DNA from: the human T2T-CHM13v2.0 reference genome, Homo sapiens
Reading direction: 5' to 3' (one strand)
DNA: 64,000 bases
Assembly: GCF_009914755.1 (NCBI RefSeq)
Contig: NC_060939.1
Shown: piece by piece, positions 32,022-51,086 of the stretch
Numbering within the stretch: the stretch's first letter is position 1
How the letters are laid out: the number at the start of each line of letters is the position of its first letter
Notes under the pieces: model-generated
The model's input: the letters and a program-made list of their open reading frames with translations, nothing else
Database searches by the model: none
What the model was told of the DNA's origin: nothing
Position numbers and translations under genes: made by a program

Positions 32022-33041
32022 TCAGATTCCAAAATTTAGATGACTCCCACTGATGCTCAAGGTATGACTATAATACAATGTGAACAAGTTTCCTCTATGG
32101 TACACAAACTGAATATGAAAATGCTTCAAAAACTGGATTGTTAAAATGTTTTGAACAAAGATAATATTGCTAGCACAACTTTAGTCTCATTTTAGCCACA
32201 TTTAAGTGTGTAGGTCTGGATGTTTGGTTTTCTTTCTGAAATCATTCTCATAACTTTGGGCCTTGACCTGGTTTCGAACTGTTAGATTACAATTCAAAAA
32301 TAGTTTTGTAAAAAATAATCCACTTTTTCCATTAACTACCATCATCTCATCCTATTACATAAACAAATATATTTTACAAAAGCTGATTGCTCATTGTTAA
32401 ATGAGGCTTGGATAAAGACAAAGTTCATTAGAATGCAAGCAACATAAGGGCAGGGATTTCTATTCATTGTACATTGAAGTGTCCCGAACACCTGCAATGA
32501 TGCCTGGCATATAGTGGGTACTTAATATTCATTGAACAAATGAAAGAAATTCAATCCCTCTTCATCTCTCCCTTAATAACAACTTCTTAAATGCATTGTT
32601 TTATTTAACATTTTGGAGGAGACATTAAGAACAATATAAATTAGTGCAAAGTGCAGGATTATTATTTTTTTTTCTTTTGAGACAATCTCACTCTGTCACC
32701 CAGGATGGAACGCAGTGGAAGGCAGTGGCATAATCATAGCTCACTGCAACCTCAGCCTCCCAGGTTCAAGTGATTCTCGAACCTCAGCCTCCCAAGTAGC
32801 TGGGATTACAGGCATGCGCCACCACGCCCAGCTAATTATTTGTATTTTTAGCAGAGACAGGGTTTCACCATGCTCGCCAGGCTGGTCTCGAACTCCTGAC
32901 CTCAAGTGATCTGCCCACCTCAGCCTCCCAAAGTGCTGGGATTACAGGCGTGAGCCTCTGCACCTGGCCAGGATTAATTTTTTAAATATCTTATTTAGAA
33001 GAATTGAAGAGATAAAATTGGGGAATTTTAAAAAGATTTTA

Positions 33042-33182
<141 letters not shown>

Positions 33183-33444
33183 TTAGCCAGGCATGGTGGT
33201 GCTTGCCTGCAAGCCCAGCTACTCAGGAGGTTGAGGCAGGAAAATTGCTTGAACCTGGGAGGTGGAGGTTGCGGGTGAGCTGAGATAGCGCCATTGTACT
33301 CTAGCCTAGGCAATAAGAGCGAAACTCTGTCTCAAAAACAAACAAACAAACAAAAAACAACAACTTAAAAAGCTAACAGGAAATATAGGTTGTCTAATAA
33401 TATTCTGTAAAATATATATCATCTATAGACCTATTTAGAGTAGG

Positions 33445-33605
33445 ATTTTTCAACCTTAATACTACTGACATTTTGGGCCAGATATCATTTGTCGGGGGTG
33501 AACCAGACTGTCCTGTGCATTAGGATGTTTAGCAGGAATCTTGGCCTCTACACACTAGATGCCAGTACCTTCATCCCCAGTTGTAACAACTAAAAATATC
33601 TCCAT
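33445..33605 (+). mobile_element. MER20 fragment
   Basis: TGACATTTTGGGCCAGATA...CTGTCCTGTGCATT...GGCCTCTACACACTAGATGCCAG. Confidence 0.78.
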
Positions 33606-35270
33606 GAAACTTTTGGAGACATGAGGTCTGCAAATGTCTAGCATGCTTTAGTTGAAACTGATTGGGCTTTAGCTAAAAATATGTAAGAATATAAATGACC
33701 CTTACTATACTATATAGCAACATGGTACACAAAATGCAAAGACTATTTTTTCGTTTGTTTTTGAGATGGAGTCTTGCTCTGTTGCCCAGGCTGGAGTGCA
33801 GTGGCACAATCTCGGCTCACCACAACCTCTGTCTCCCGGGTTCAAGCAATTCTCTGCCTCAGCCTCCCGAGTAGCTCGGATCACAGGCGCCCACCACCAT
33901 GCCTGGCTAATTTTTGTAGTTTTAGCAGAGACGGGGTTTCCCATCTTGGCCAGGCTGGTCTTGAACTCCTGACCTCGTGATCCACCTGCCTCGGCCTCCC
34001 AAAGTGCTGGGATTACAGGCATGACCACAGCGCCTGGCCAAGGCTATTTTTTTTCCCCTGAGAAAAGAACAGAATAAAGAAAGATAGTATGTTCTAAACA
34101 ACTGTTAACTGTACATAAACCAGTTAGGCCTAGAATTATAAGGAAGTAAAAACAATTCTCTGTATTTATAAAGTTTAAAACTTTACACTCCTAACCTAAA
34201 CTAGCTCTAAGAAGGAAAACTAAATTTCAAATTTCAGGCAGAGGTAAGGAGTAAAAACATTCTCTGTGCTGTCACGAAGTTTAAGGCACTGCTCTCACAA
34301 AGAATAAAAAGCCTAAAGTTGCTTTCAGTTTCCCTGCCGCTGGCCTCTTCTATTCAACTAAATTACAACTGTTTCTACAGGTTCAAAATCCCTTATGCCA
34401 GACTCTGAAATCCAAATAGCTCCAAAACTGAAAGGTTTTGGGATTGTAGGTTTGGCAATAAATCTCACTTGGTGGCAAAAAATTACTTTAAATGACATGC
34501 GACTACAGGCATGATTTATACTACTTGTTATGAATATTCACAGATTTCTTAAAGAAAGATTGTGTTTGATTACAGTGTCCCGCCCTGACTCTGCTGGGGA
34601 AGTATTCAGAATTCTGAAATGGCCCCAAAGAGTTTCAGGTAAGAGTGTACTGGATATATTATGAACAAGGCAAAAATTTATCACTGACATTCCGTTGGAG
34701 AACAGGAAGAAACAGTGAGCACTATTTAACTGGAAGACATATATATTCAGAAACAAGCTATACTAGCAAAAACCAAACTATAACGGTATAATAAAAGAAA
34801 ATTAATAAGATTAAATGTATTATAAATAGCAATAAACCAAGACAAGTACATCGTGAAATAGATACAAAATACCAAGATTGTAATACTTGGCCAGGATGCA
34901 GTGACTCATGCCTGTAATCCCAGCACTTTGTGAGGCTGAGGCATGTGGATCACTTGAGGCCAGGAGTTTGAGACCAGCCTAGCCAACATGGTGAAACCTT
35001 GTCTCTACTAAAAATATGAAAATTAGCCAGGCATGGTGGCGGGTGCCTGTAATCCCAGCCAGACGTGGTGGCGGGCACCCGTAATCCTAGCTACTTGGGA
35101 GGCTGAGGCAGGAGAATTGCTTGAACCTGGGAGGCAGAGGTTGCAGTGACGTGACCGGAGATCGCACCACTGCACTCCAGCCTGGGTCACACAGCAAGAC
35201 TCTGTTTCAAAAAAAAAAAAAAAAAAGGATTTTAATAATTATAATCAATCCTGTAAATTTCTAATTCTTA

Positions 35271-35528
<258 letters not shown>

Positions 35529-36411
35529 CTAAAAGAAAAGAAGATGAAAATTAGACTGACTTACAAGTTCCTTCTTAATCATCTAGGGGCACAAATAATG
35601 ACATAATTCTACAATTTCAAAGTAATTTACAGTATATTTCATCTTTCACCAATACAGAAGGAAAGTGGGTGATTAAAAAAATTAAGCTTGGAAATAAGCA
35701 ACTGCTCACATACCACCAGTATCTGAAAAAAAAAAAAAAAAAAAGAAGAGTAGCTGTAGTAAGAATTATCCTTCCCTTCTGAAATGGCCAATTCCTGCTA
35801 TGTGAAGGTGGTTCTATTATCAGTCACAGGCTGTACAGACAATGCATTCATCAAAAATTTTGTTTTAGGAAACCAGAGTATTTAACAAGAGATCGAAATG
35901 AACATAGGCCAAAATTTTGTAAACACAAAAAGCACTAACCATAAAAGGAAAAAAACTAGATAAAATGGACCTCATCAGAAGTAAAACCTTCTGCTCTTTA
36001 AAAGAAACTGTTACAGATGGCTTATTTGCATGTGAAAACATGCTTACATTATTAGTCATTAGGGAAGCACAAATTAAAATGACAATGAGATACCCCTGTA
36101 CAACCTAGTACAGTGGCTAAAATAAAAAACTGGCAATATCAAATGCTAACTAGGCCAAAAGTGCTTTCCCACCTATAGTCCCATCTCAGGAGGCTGAAGT
36201 GGGAGGACTGCTTGAGCCCAGGAGTTCAAGGCTGTAGCGTGTGCCTGTGAATAGGCACCGCACTTCAGCCTCGACAACACATAGGGAGACCCTGTCTCTT
36301 AAAAAACAAACAAAAGACAAAAACAAAAACAAAACACATATGACTCAAGGCACATCATTTAAAAACAACAACAAAAACTTATCCAAGGAGTTTTACAAGC
36401 TAATAGAATCG

Positions 36412-36712
36412 GGCCGGGCGCGGTGGCTCACACCTGTAATCCCAGCACTTTGGGAGGCCGAGGTGGGTGGATCACGAGGTCAGGAGATCGAGACCACCCT
36501 GGCTAACACAGTGAAACCCCGCCTCTACTAAAAATACAAAAAATTAGCCAGGCGTGCTGGCGGGCGCCTGTAGTCCCAGCTACTCAGGAGGTTGAGGCAG
36601 GAGGATGGCGTGAACCCAGGAGGCGGAGCTTGCAGTGAGCCGAGAATGCGCCACTGTACTCCAGCCTGGGCGACAGAGTGAGACTCCAACTCAAAAAAAA
36701 AATAAAATAAAA
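36412..36712 (+). mobile_element. AluY
   Basis: GGCGTGAACCCAGGAGGCGGAGCTTGCAG. Confidence 0.88.
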
Positions 36713-37802
36713 TAATTAGAATTAAGATTTTAGATAAGGTTCCATAACAGGTCATTAAGGAAAGTTACAGATATTTGATTACATATAAGGCTTTTTTAGT
36801 TTGTACTAATGAACCTCAATATTCCATTCACAAATAAATTCAACCTCAATATTCCATGCACAATTAAAACTTTATGGAAAATATGTTTAGATTAGGTATT
36901 ACTATAGAAATTAGTCCATTCTCTAAAGGGCAATTTGTAGACAGTTATTAAAATTTTAGATTTACATATATTTTGACCCAGAAATGCCCATTCTAGGAAT
37001 TTATTCCTCTGATAAACATGTAAAAAGAAAGTATTTTTTTTTGCAGCATGACTATTTTTAATCGTCAAAGACTGGAAACAACCGAAATGTCCCAAAACAA
37101 GAGCTGAATAAATCATGCGACATTATAAAAAAGGAGAGGGCACAGATCTATGTCCTGATATGGAACATAAAGCAAAAGTTACACAACAGTGAGTATAATG
37201 TGCTACCATTTATACTGGGAGAAGGGAGGAAAAGAAAAAAGAAGAGGTGAAGGAGATGTATCTGTATATGTTTATATTTGAATACAAAAATCTCTGAAAG
37301 GATTCAAAATAAACTGTTAGCAGTAGAAAGAGCCTGGGAAAAACTTAGCGTTCACTGTGTTAACTTTTTTACTGTTTTAATTTTTTACTGTATATACACA
37401 TTATCTATTTGAAATCATTTAAAAACTTTTTCAATCCTATACATTTCATGTACAGTTATTCATAACAGCAAAAAATTAAAAACCTGAATGTCCGTGAAGA
37501 CAGGGTAATAATCTATCATTTAGCCATACTCATCCAAGTGTGAAAATATATATTTACATCCACCAGATGTGCACTATAACATCACTTGTAACTGAAGAGA
37601 TGAAGTCCACCTAAATGTCTATCAATAAAGGTATATCCACTGTGGTACAGTCATACCACTCAATGCAGTCAGAATGTCATAAATACTGTTAAGTGGAAAA
37701 AGAAGCTTTAAACATAATTTCATTTTTGTAAAAAGTAAAAAATTATATATACTTTTAAAATTTCAACACATTTGGGCTTTCTTTCTTTCTTTTTTTTTTT
37801 GA

Positions 37803-38566
<764 letters not shown>

Positions 38567-38592
38567 TCAGGAGATCAAGACCATCCTCACTA

Positions 38593-38832
<240 letters not shown>

Positions 38833-40576
38833 TCAAAGTATCTCCAATGGGAAAGACAGTAACAGAGAGAAAGACACCACAACATTATTGTATTATTTTT
38901 TTTCTTTTTAATAGAGAAGGGGTCTCACCTAGGTTGGTCTTGAACTCTTGGGCTCAAGTGATCCTCCCCACCTCCCAAGGACATGGATCTGACGGGGACT
39001 ACAGGCTCATGCCACAGCACCTGGCTGATTTTTGTGTTATTTTTGCCCAAAATGTATAATCTAATTCCAATCATGAGAAAATATCATACAAACCCAAAAT
39101 GAGGGACATTCCATACAATAACTGCAAAGTACTCTAAAAGTGTTAAGGTCATGAAAACAAGGAAAGATCAAGACATTGTTACAGACTGGAGACGAGAGAG
39201 ATAACTAAATGTAACTGGGATCCTGGGTGTTATCCTAGAACAGAAAAAGCACATTTGTGGGAAAACTGATGAAATGCAAATCAGATCTGTAGTTAGTATT
39301 TATATTAATTTCCTGTCCTTGATAATTATACTATGGTTATGCAAAATGTTAACATTACAGGAAACAGAAAGAGGGAGGTAAAAGAACTGTGCTACAATTT
39401 ATGCAACATTTTTTATAGTCTAAGATTAAAACAAGAAATGATGCTGAAGAGGTTTATTTACTAATATGGAAAGGCATTAATAACAAACAGTTCAGTAAAG
39501 TAGGTTACAAAGCAGTATATATAAAATCTCAATTTGGTTAAATATTATATTTACATTTACATAGAGAAAAATCATGACGACTATTTAACAAAATATTAAC
39601 AGAAATGGGTGGTGTGATTTTAGCATATTTTCATGGAATTCATTACTCTGCTTATCGAATGAGTAATATCCTTACAGTGAGTCCATATTTTGGAAGTAAT
39701 TTTATAATTTTAAAATTAAAATTTATTTTACTAATACCTTTTAAAAATAAATATACCTTCCAGTATTCCTACTCCAACTTTTCTGGGGTACTCATACACA
39801 AACAACTTTTCTCTACATACCTGGCAACAACTACAACTAACATAGAGATAATATCTAATGTTCTATGTTATACCTAAGGTTCTTTTCATCAACAGCACTA
39901 AATGAAGAAAAAAAAAAAACTTGCATATTCAGCGCTACAAACCAAACAAAAAATCTTACTGTTCTACTTAATTATAAGAGGCACAGAACTAGCTCTTTTC
40001 AATTTGTCTTGTTTAGAAGAAATTTAAGAGTAAAAAAGAGTACAAGCCCCTCACATTTCATAGATGAGAAAGCTGAATCACAGGGAAGTAAACTGACTTG
40101 TCCAAAATCATCAAATCACCAGTTGGTATCAATGTCAGGAACAGAACTAGGTATCCTAAGTCCTAAAGTTCAGTGCCCATTCTACTAAACCAAACATAAA
40201 TATACAGTTTTTATTTTATTTATTTATTTATTTTTATTTTTTTTGAGGTGGAGTTTTGCTCTTCTTGCCCAGGCTGGAGTGCAATGGCACGATCTCGGCC
40301 CATGCAACCTCCGCCTCCCGGGTTCAAGCAATTCTCCTGCCTCAGCCACCCGAGTAGCTAGGATTACAGGAACGTGCCACCACGCCTGGCTAATTTTGTA
40401 TTTTTAGTAGAGACGGGGTTTTTCCATGTTGGTGAGGCTGGTCTTGAACTCCCGACCTCAGGTGATCCGCCCACCTCAGCCTCCCAAAGTGCTGGGATTA
40501 CAGGCATGAGCCACTGTGTCTGGCCAAATATACAGTTTTAAAATCTACCTTTACTGGCTTGTTCAATTTCACATTA

Positions 40577-40749
40577 TAGGTTGGGCATCCCACACCCAAA
40601 AATCAGAAACCAAGACACTCAAAGGAAATGCTCATTGTAACATTTTGGATTTTAGATTTTCAGATTTGGAATGTTCAACCAGTACAATACAAATATTCCA
40701 AAATCTGAAAAAATCCAAATTCCAAAACACAAGGGATACTCAACCAGTA
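40577..40749 (+). mobile_element. Tigger4/MER46-like MITE
   Basis: Inverted ends TAGGTTGGGCATCCC and GGGATACTCAACCAGTA. Confidence 0.65.
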
Positions 40750-41194
40750 ATGGTAAAATAAACAAAACAATAAAGTTTTGCCTTCTTAATTTTTGCTTTA
40801 ACTATTGCCTTCTTTGTAATTACAATTACAAATGAAGCCTCTTAGCTAACAACTACCGAACACTACTGAAGGCTACTAAATATTCTTAAATTATATCTGT
40901 CATCACATGCTTTATAATGAATAATTGATATTTTAAAACATCATGGCTGGGCATGGTGGCTGTAATCCCAGTACTATGGGAGGCCGAGGTGGGTGGATCA
41001 CTTGAGCTCAGGAGTTTGAGACCAGCCTAGGCAACATGGTGAAACCCCGTCTCTACTAAAAATACAAAAATTAGCCAGGTGTGGTGGTGCGCATCTGTAA
41101 TCCCAGCTACTCAGGAGGCTGAGGCAGGAGAATCACTTGAACCCGGGAGGTGGAGGTTGCAATGAGCTGAGATCATGCCACTGTACACCATCTC

Positions 41195-41225
<31 letters not shown>

Positions 41226-41673
41226 AGCCAGATGCGGTGGCACATACCTGTGGTCCCAGCTATTCGGGAGGCTGAGGTGGGAGAATTGCTTGAGTCAGAG
41301 AGGGAGAGGTCAGTGAGCGGAGATCATGCCACTGCACTCCAGCCTGGGCAACACAGTGAGACCCCATCTCAAAAAACAAAACAAATTATACTCTTGGCTG
41401 ATTTAGGCAGAATGTCTGGGTGCTGATGCCTTAAATACCCTCTCCATCAGTCTCACTACTAGCTCTCTGTCCCTCCACCCCCACACCAACTTATTTATCC
41501 CTCAAGGCCCAGCTCAAGGCCAACCTTAGCGAATCCTTCACTGATCAGCCCAAGAAAATTTTTCTTCTGTTAATTCTAATACAGTATTTGAAGGCAGTAC
41601 TCATTCTGTACTTATACCACTGGCTGATATCATTAATTACCTTTAAATGTGTACATCTAGCCTCTTCAATTAG

Positions 41674-42119
<446 letters not shown>

Positions 42120-43430
42120 TGAGCCACCGCGCCCAGCCTAGAATTTTTATGGGAAATAAAGTTCAGTTACACTCTTCACAAAAATGTTTTCCATTATTGC
42201 CAAACTGTGGAAAATTTTTTTCAACTAAAATAGGTTTGATTTTTTGCCTTTGGTTGGTTGTTTTTAAAATTTTCCCCCATTTTCAACAGGAATAAAATTA
42301 AGAATTTTTAAGTACCAAGTCCAGGAAAAAAAAAATAACTGTTTGAAATTAAGGGAAAGCTTTCCTAATTGACTATTCTGTAAAAAACAAGTTCTTAACA
42401 AGTTCTCAACATTAAAATTCCCAAACATTCCAAACATTTCCCTCATCCCCAAGGAGACTAGAGATATGTTTTCAACTCTGACCCAACAGCTTAGATGCCT
42501 GTTTGGGAACATCATTCTGAAAAAGGAACTTACTTAAGTAGATTAGTTTTGTTTAAACCACAATTTGACCTTCCTTAAACAACTGCTAGACATCTACAGA
42601 GCCTTCAGAGCCCAGTAATTGTTTTTCTAATTCTTCTTTTTAAAGTGGTAACAAAACCTGGAGGCGCTACCATTTTTCACAGCCACTATGGATTAGTAAT
42701 AATTAGAGCATCTCTAGGCACCAAAAATCTTTGATTATACAATGTTTTCTTCTAATATTATTCTACAGACTCAAAGGTTTACAGCAACCAGGCACAATGG
42801 CTCATGCCTATAACCCTAGCCCTTTGGGAGGACAAGGCAGGCAGATCACTGGAGCCCAGAAGTTCAAGACCAGCGTAGGCAACATGGTAAAACCCCATCT
42901 CTACAAAAAAACACAAAAATTAGCTGGGCATGGTAGCATGAGCCTGTAGTCCCAGGTACTCAGGCTGGGTACCTGAGTGGGAGGATCACCTGAGCCCAGG
43001 AGGTTGAGGCTGCAGCAAGCCCTGATCGCGCCACCGCACTTCATTCAGCCTGGGGAACAGAGTGAGGCTCCGTCTCCAAAAAAAAAAAAAAAAAAAAACC
43101 AAAAAGGCAAGCTCATAACTAAGCTAAAATCTACTTTCCTGTAACTTTTATCCTGTTACTGAAATAAACCAATATAATTCACTCTGCTTTTTCATCAGTC
43201 TTTTCAAATAAATGAAGATAACTATTACGTCTCTCATTTCTAGTCTCTTCATTTCATGGCTAAACTGAAAAAAAGAGAATAAAGAAATTTGGCCAGCCCT
43301 AAAGACATGGTATCCTGACCACTCTCCAACTTGATTACCCTTATGAAACTGCACAGCATGCTTCCATAAAGAGGAATAGGACTATTTATTACCTTCCTTA
43401 TCCTGAGCACTAAACTGCTTCAAAAGATCA

Positions 43431-43831
<401 letters not shown>

Positions 43832-45142
43832 TTAAATCCTCTTTTTCCTAGCTCCTGCAAGCAAAGCATTCTTTGGCTGCTACATCACATGACTTGGTTA
43901 AAGTGCAGACAACTAAAACCCTTAGATCAATCACATGTAAGAGACCTAGTCCTATACCAAATGAACCTAGATATAAGGCTTTACTTTCATCACAATTAAG
44001 TTAGTTTTGACACAATATTCAGCCTATATGGGATTTATCCTTTACTTGTTATCCCTACCAGCCTTGTGCTGTCTGTAAATATGATAAGTCTTCTATGCCT
44101 TTATGGCATTGATAAAATAAGCCAGAGTCAAATATAGAGCCACATGACAAGTCCACTCTCTTTTCTTTCCTGTTGAGATAACGTATAAGCATGCTGTCAG
44201 AATTTGGTTTTTGAAAACATTTTGTCCCTCCTAAGGGACAAATTCTCTTTGTCCTATTTGTTGTATTCTCTTTTTCATCTCTGTCATAAGTCATGCCCCA
44301 ATTTTTTAGGCTTTCCTTGAAGTATCTGGATAAGTAAAATCTGCTTTCATAAACTCTGAGGTATCTATTTCATATTCTCTTTCTGCTGTATGGAATATAT
44401 ATCTGCAAACCAACTAAAATCCTCTCTTAAATTACAAGGCAGAACATGTGTGTATTTTTAAAAAATTGATAAATTAACAGACTTTCCCTCCAGTGGCTAA
44501 AGTCATTTCTGGCTTACCCATAAATACCAAAACTTCAAAGGCATTTTAAAAGGTGGTCCATAAAGACATTAAGTAGTTACAGCTTCACTCCTCTAAACAA
44601 GTCAAACAGACTTTGTTCTGAAGAGTGGCATTAAGTAAACTATTAGAAAGAGAATTATATTCAAGTGAGTAACAGTAGACTCCATTCTGGACAGGGTCTG
44701 TGTCATTCCTGGGCAGCAAGTGGGCAGTTAGGAAAGTGCACTAACTCTACTGGAGTCTTATCAGTAACGTTTACTTACCACAGCATATTTCCATAAGCAC
44801 TCAGATTAGAATTAGAGTGTGACAACATTAAAAAAAAAAAAAAAAGGCTGCATCAAATGCTTTAAAAAAACTAAGCTCATCAACTATGGTTTATTCAAGA
44901 GGAGGCATGTTAACTGAAAATATCTTGAAAGAACATGTAGGCGGTCATAGTAAATCACCTGGCATTAGAGGTCTTAATATTTTGTGTTAGGTCATCTGAG
45001 GCAAGGGGTTAAAAGCTTAAGGAAAATTATTTCACAGAGCACAGCATATGCTTAATACCTTTACAGAAATGGATAAAGTGGCAGCAAGGGAACTCCGAGG
45101 TAACCCTCAAAGTCAGCATCCAAAGAAAGGATGGGCAAGATA

Positions 45143-47792
<2,650 letters not shown>

Positions 47793-48404
47793 TATTTCAC
47801 TGGTTCATCTGTATCACTGATTTATAAAAGTATCTATCCAGACACACTCTTTGTGCAGTACTGAGGACAAAAACCTTTTCATTTGCAGGATGTTTGGTAT
47901 TATAAGAAGTCAGTTTCCAGCACTAGCACATCTACACTAAGTTACTGTTCCTTCCCTAGACTCTTAGTTAGTGGGGCTGAATCAGTCATTTTGACTTAGA
48001 GTTTTAGAACTCAATTTCACATCTAATTCTATAGAATCTGGCATTAAAAAATCAAAATTTCCCTAACTCCCCAAAATAGAAATTATGAGATGGTGAAAAA
48101 ACAAAAGCCATTAGGTCTTGCTAAGATCTGGTGACAAAGTACTTCAGTTAGACTCAAAAGACCTACATTTTCATCAGTTTTCCCACTCAGAGTGTGTCCT
48201 TACTACACAAAACTGTGCTCTGGCCTAAAACAATATAGATTCAAATTTCTAAGGAAAATCATCTCCAATTAAAATCACATATAACTCCTCACTTCTATAT
48301 TGAAGTCAAGAGATTATGTTGTATTTTAAAGATCCCCTATAGCCCAGGCACGGTGGCTCACATCTGTAATCCCAGCACTTTGGGAGGCTGAGGCGGGTGG
48401 ATCA

Positions 48405-48635
<231 letters not shown>

Positions 48636-49132
48636 CTACAGATATGAGATTATGGGTACATTTTTCTTTGATTTCCATAATGATTATTGCGTAACCATAA
48701 CAATATTAAACTTTTAAAAAATCCTCCCATTTCAGCAGGAGACAACTTTGGGAAATAACAGAAATATTCTATAACCTGATTTGGTGGTAGTCACACAAGT
48801 ATATACATTTGTTAAAATTTATCCAAGAAACGCCTTAAATGGGTACATTTTATTGTATGTAAATTATATCTCAATAATGTTAATATCTCTTAACATTCTC
48901 AGCTTCTATTACCCCCACTTCCTCTCTACCTCAGTGTCTTCTCATTCATTCATTCATTCATACATTCAATAAAAACTTTGAAGCAATGTGCTAGAAACTA
49001 GATACAGCTGTGAACAAGCAACAGTTCAGGCCTTCAAGAACTTCACTGTCTAGAAGGAAAGACACATAGTAAACAGGTAACGTAGAGTACAGTCTGAGAC
49101 ACGCTACATAAAACCATAAAACAGGAGTATAG

Positions 49133-49341
<209 letters not shown>

Positions 49342-50954
49342 TAGTTGAGAAGGGGTTTCACCATGTTAGCCAGGACGGTCTCGATCTCCTGACCTCATAA
49401 TAAACCCACCTCGGCCTCCCAAAGTGCTGGGATTACAGGCATGAGCCACTGCACCAGGCCAAGAGGTGCCTTTAACCTGGCTCTACCATCACAAAAACTT
49501 GATGTGCCCCCATGTACTCAAATTCTAAAATGCCCCTTTCTGACCACAAAGTTCAGTCCTCCCACTTATGTCAACCTCATGCCCTTTAACACCTCAATCC
49601 CACCAATTCCCTCCAGATTTCCTGTTTTGGCTTTTATTACCTCCCTGTTCAGCCTGGACTCGAAGGTTAGCCACTACCCTAACATGCCGGCTCATTCCCT
49701 TTTTTCTATCTACAACCTCCATCCACCAATCACTACTAATCTTACTACAATAAATCATTAATGTTGATCCTCAGTTATTCATTCATTTAAAAATATTTAA
49801 GTGTCTTCTGTATCAATCACATACCAAGATACATCAATGTGGCCAGGCATGGTGGCTCATACCTGTAATCCCAGCAGTTTGGGAGGCTGAGGCAGATGGA
49901 TCATGAGGTCAAGAGATCGAGACCATCCTGGCCAACATGGTGAAACCCCGTCTCTACTAAAAACACAAAAATTAGCTGGGCATGGTGGCATGCCCCTGTA
50001 GTCCCAGCTACTCAGGAGGCTGAGGCAGGAGAATCGCTTGAATCCGGGAGGCGGAGGTTGCAGTGAGCCGAGATCGCACCACGCACTCCAGCCTGGCGAC
50101 AGAGCGAGACTCCGTCTCAAAAAAAAAGATGCATCAATGAACAAGTCACACATGATCCTTCCCTTCATGGAACTTACCTCTCCCTCTGGAGGAAGAAACA
50201 GACATTTTGCTAAGTAAATAAAGACAATACAGTAATTACAGATTGTAATAATTGAAATGGGAGAAATAAACAGGTTGCTTTGACAGAGAATAAGAGGAAC
50301 CCATCTTTTAGACAGAGTGTGTATTAAGAAAAAGCAGAGGAAGAACACTCTAGGAAAAGCAAACAGCAAGCAACAGCACAGACCCTAAAGCAAAATACAG
50401 CTTGGGCTTGTACTAACAGGCCAGGATGAGTGAGGAGAATGTAACAGGAAATGAGGTGGAGATGCAGGGGCTGGACCAGGCAAAGTCTTGAAGGCTTGTA
50501 ATGAGTTTATAAGTATAAGAGAAAGCCACTGAGGATTTAGGTAGGAGACTGACATGATCTCATTTAATCTTTAAAAGATTACTCTGGTTGTTCTGTGCAG
50601 AATGGACAGGAAGAGGGCAACAGTGGAAGCAAACAGACCAGTTAGGAAGTCACTGCAGTAGCCAAGACAACAGAGAGTGACTTGGACTACATGGGTGGAG
50701 ACAGAATTATTTGTCTTCAAGAGCTATGATGGAGGTGCTGTCTACTGAGACAGGGACAACAAAACTCTTGATCTGCCTTTCTCCTTTCCTCTCCTAAAAT
50801 CTTGTCTTTCCTCTCAATATATGACACAACCAAGGCCAGGTGCGATGGCTCACATCTGTAATCCCAGCAACTGGGGAGGCCGAGGTGGGTGGATCACTTG
50901 AGGTCGGGAGTTCGAGACCAGGCTGGCCAATATGGTGAAACCCCACCTCTACTA

Positions 50955-51086
<132 letters not shown>
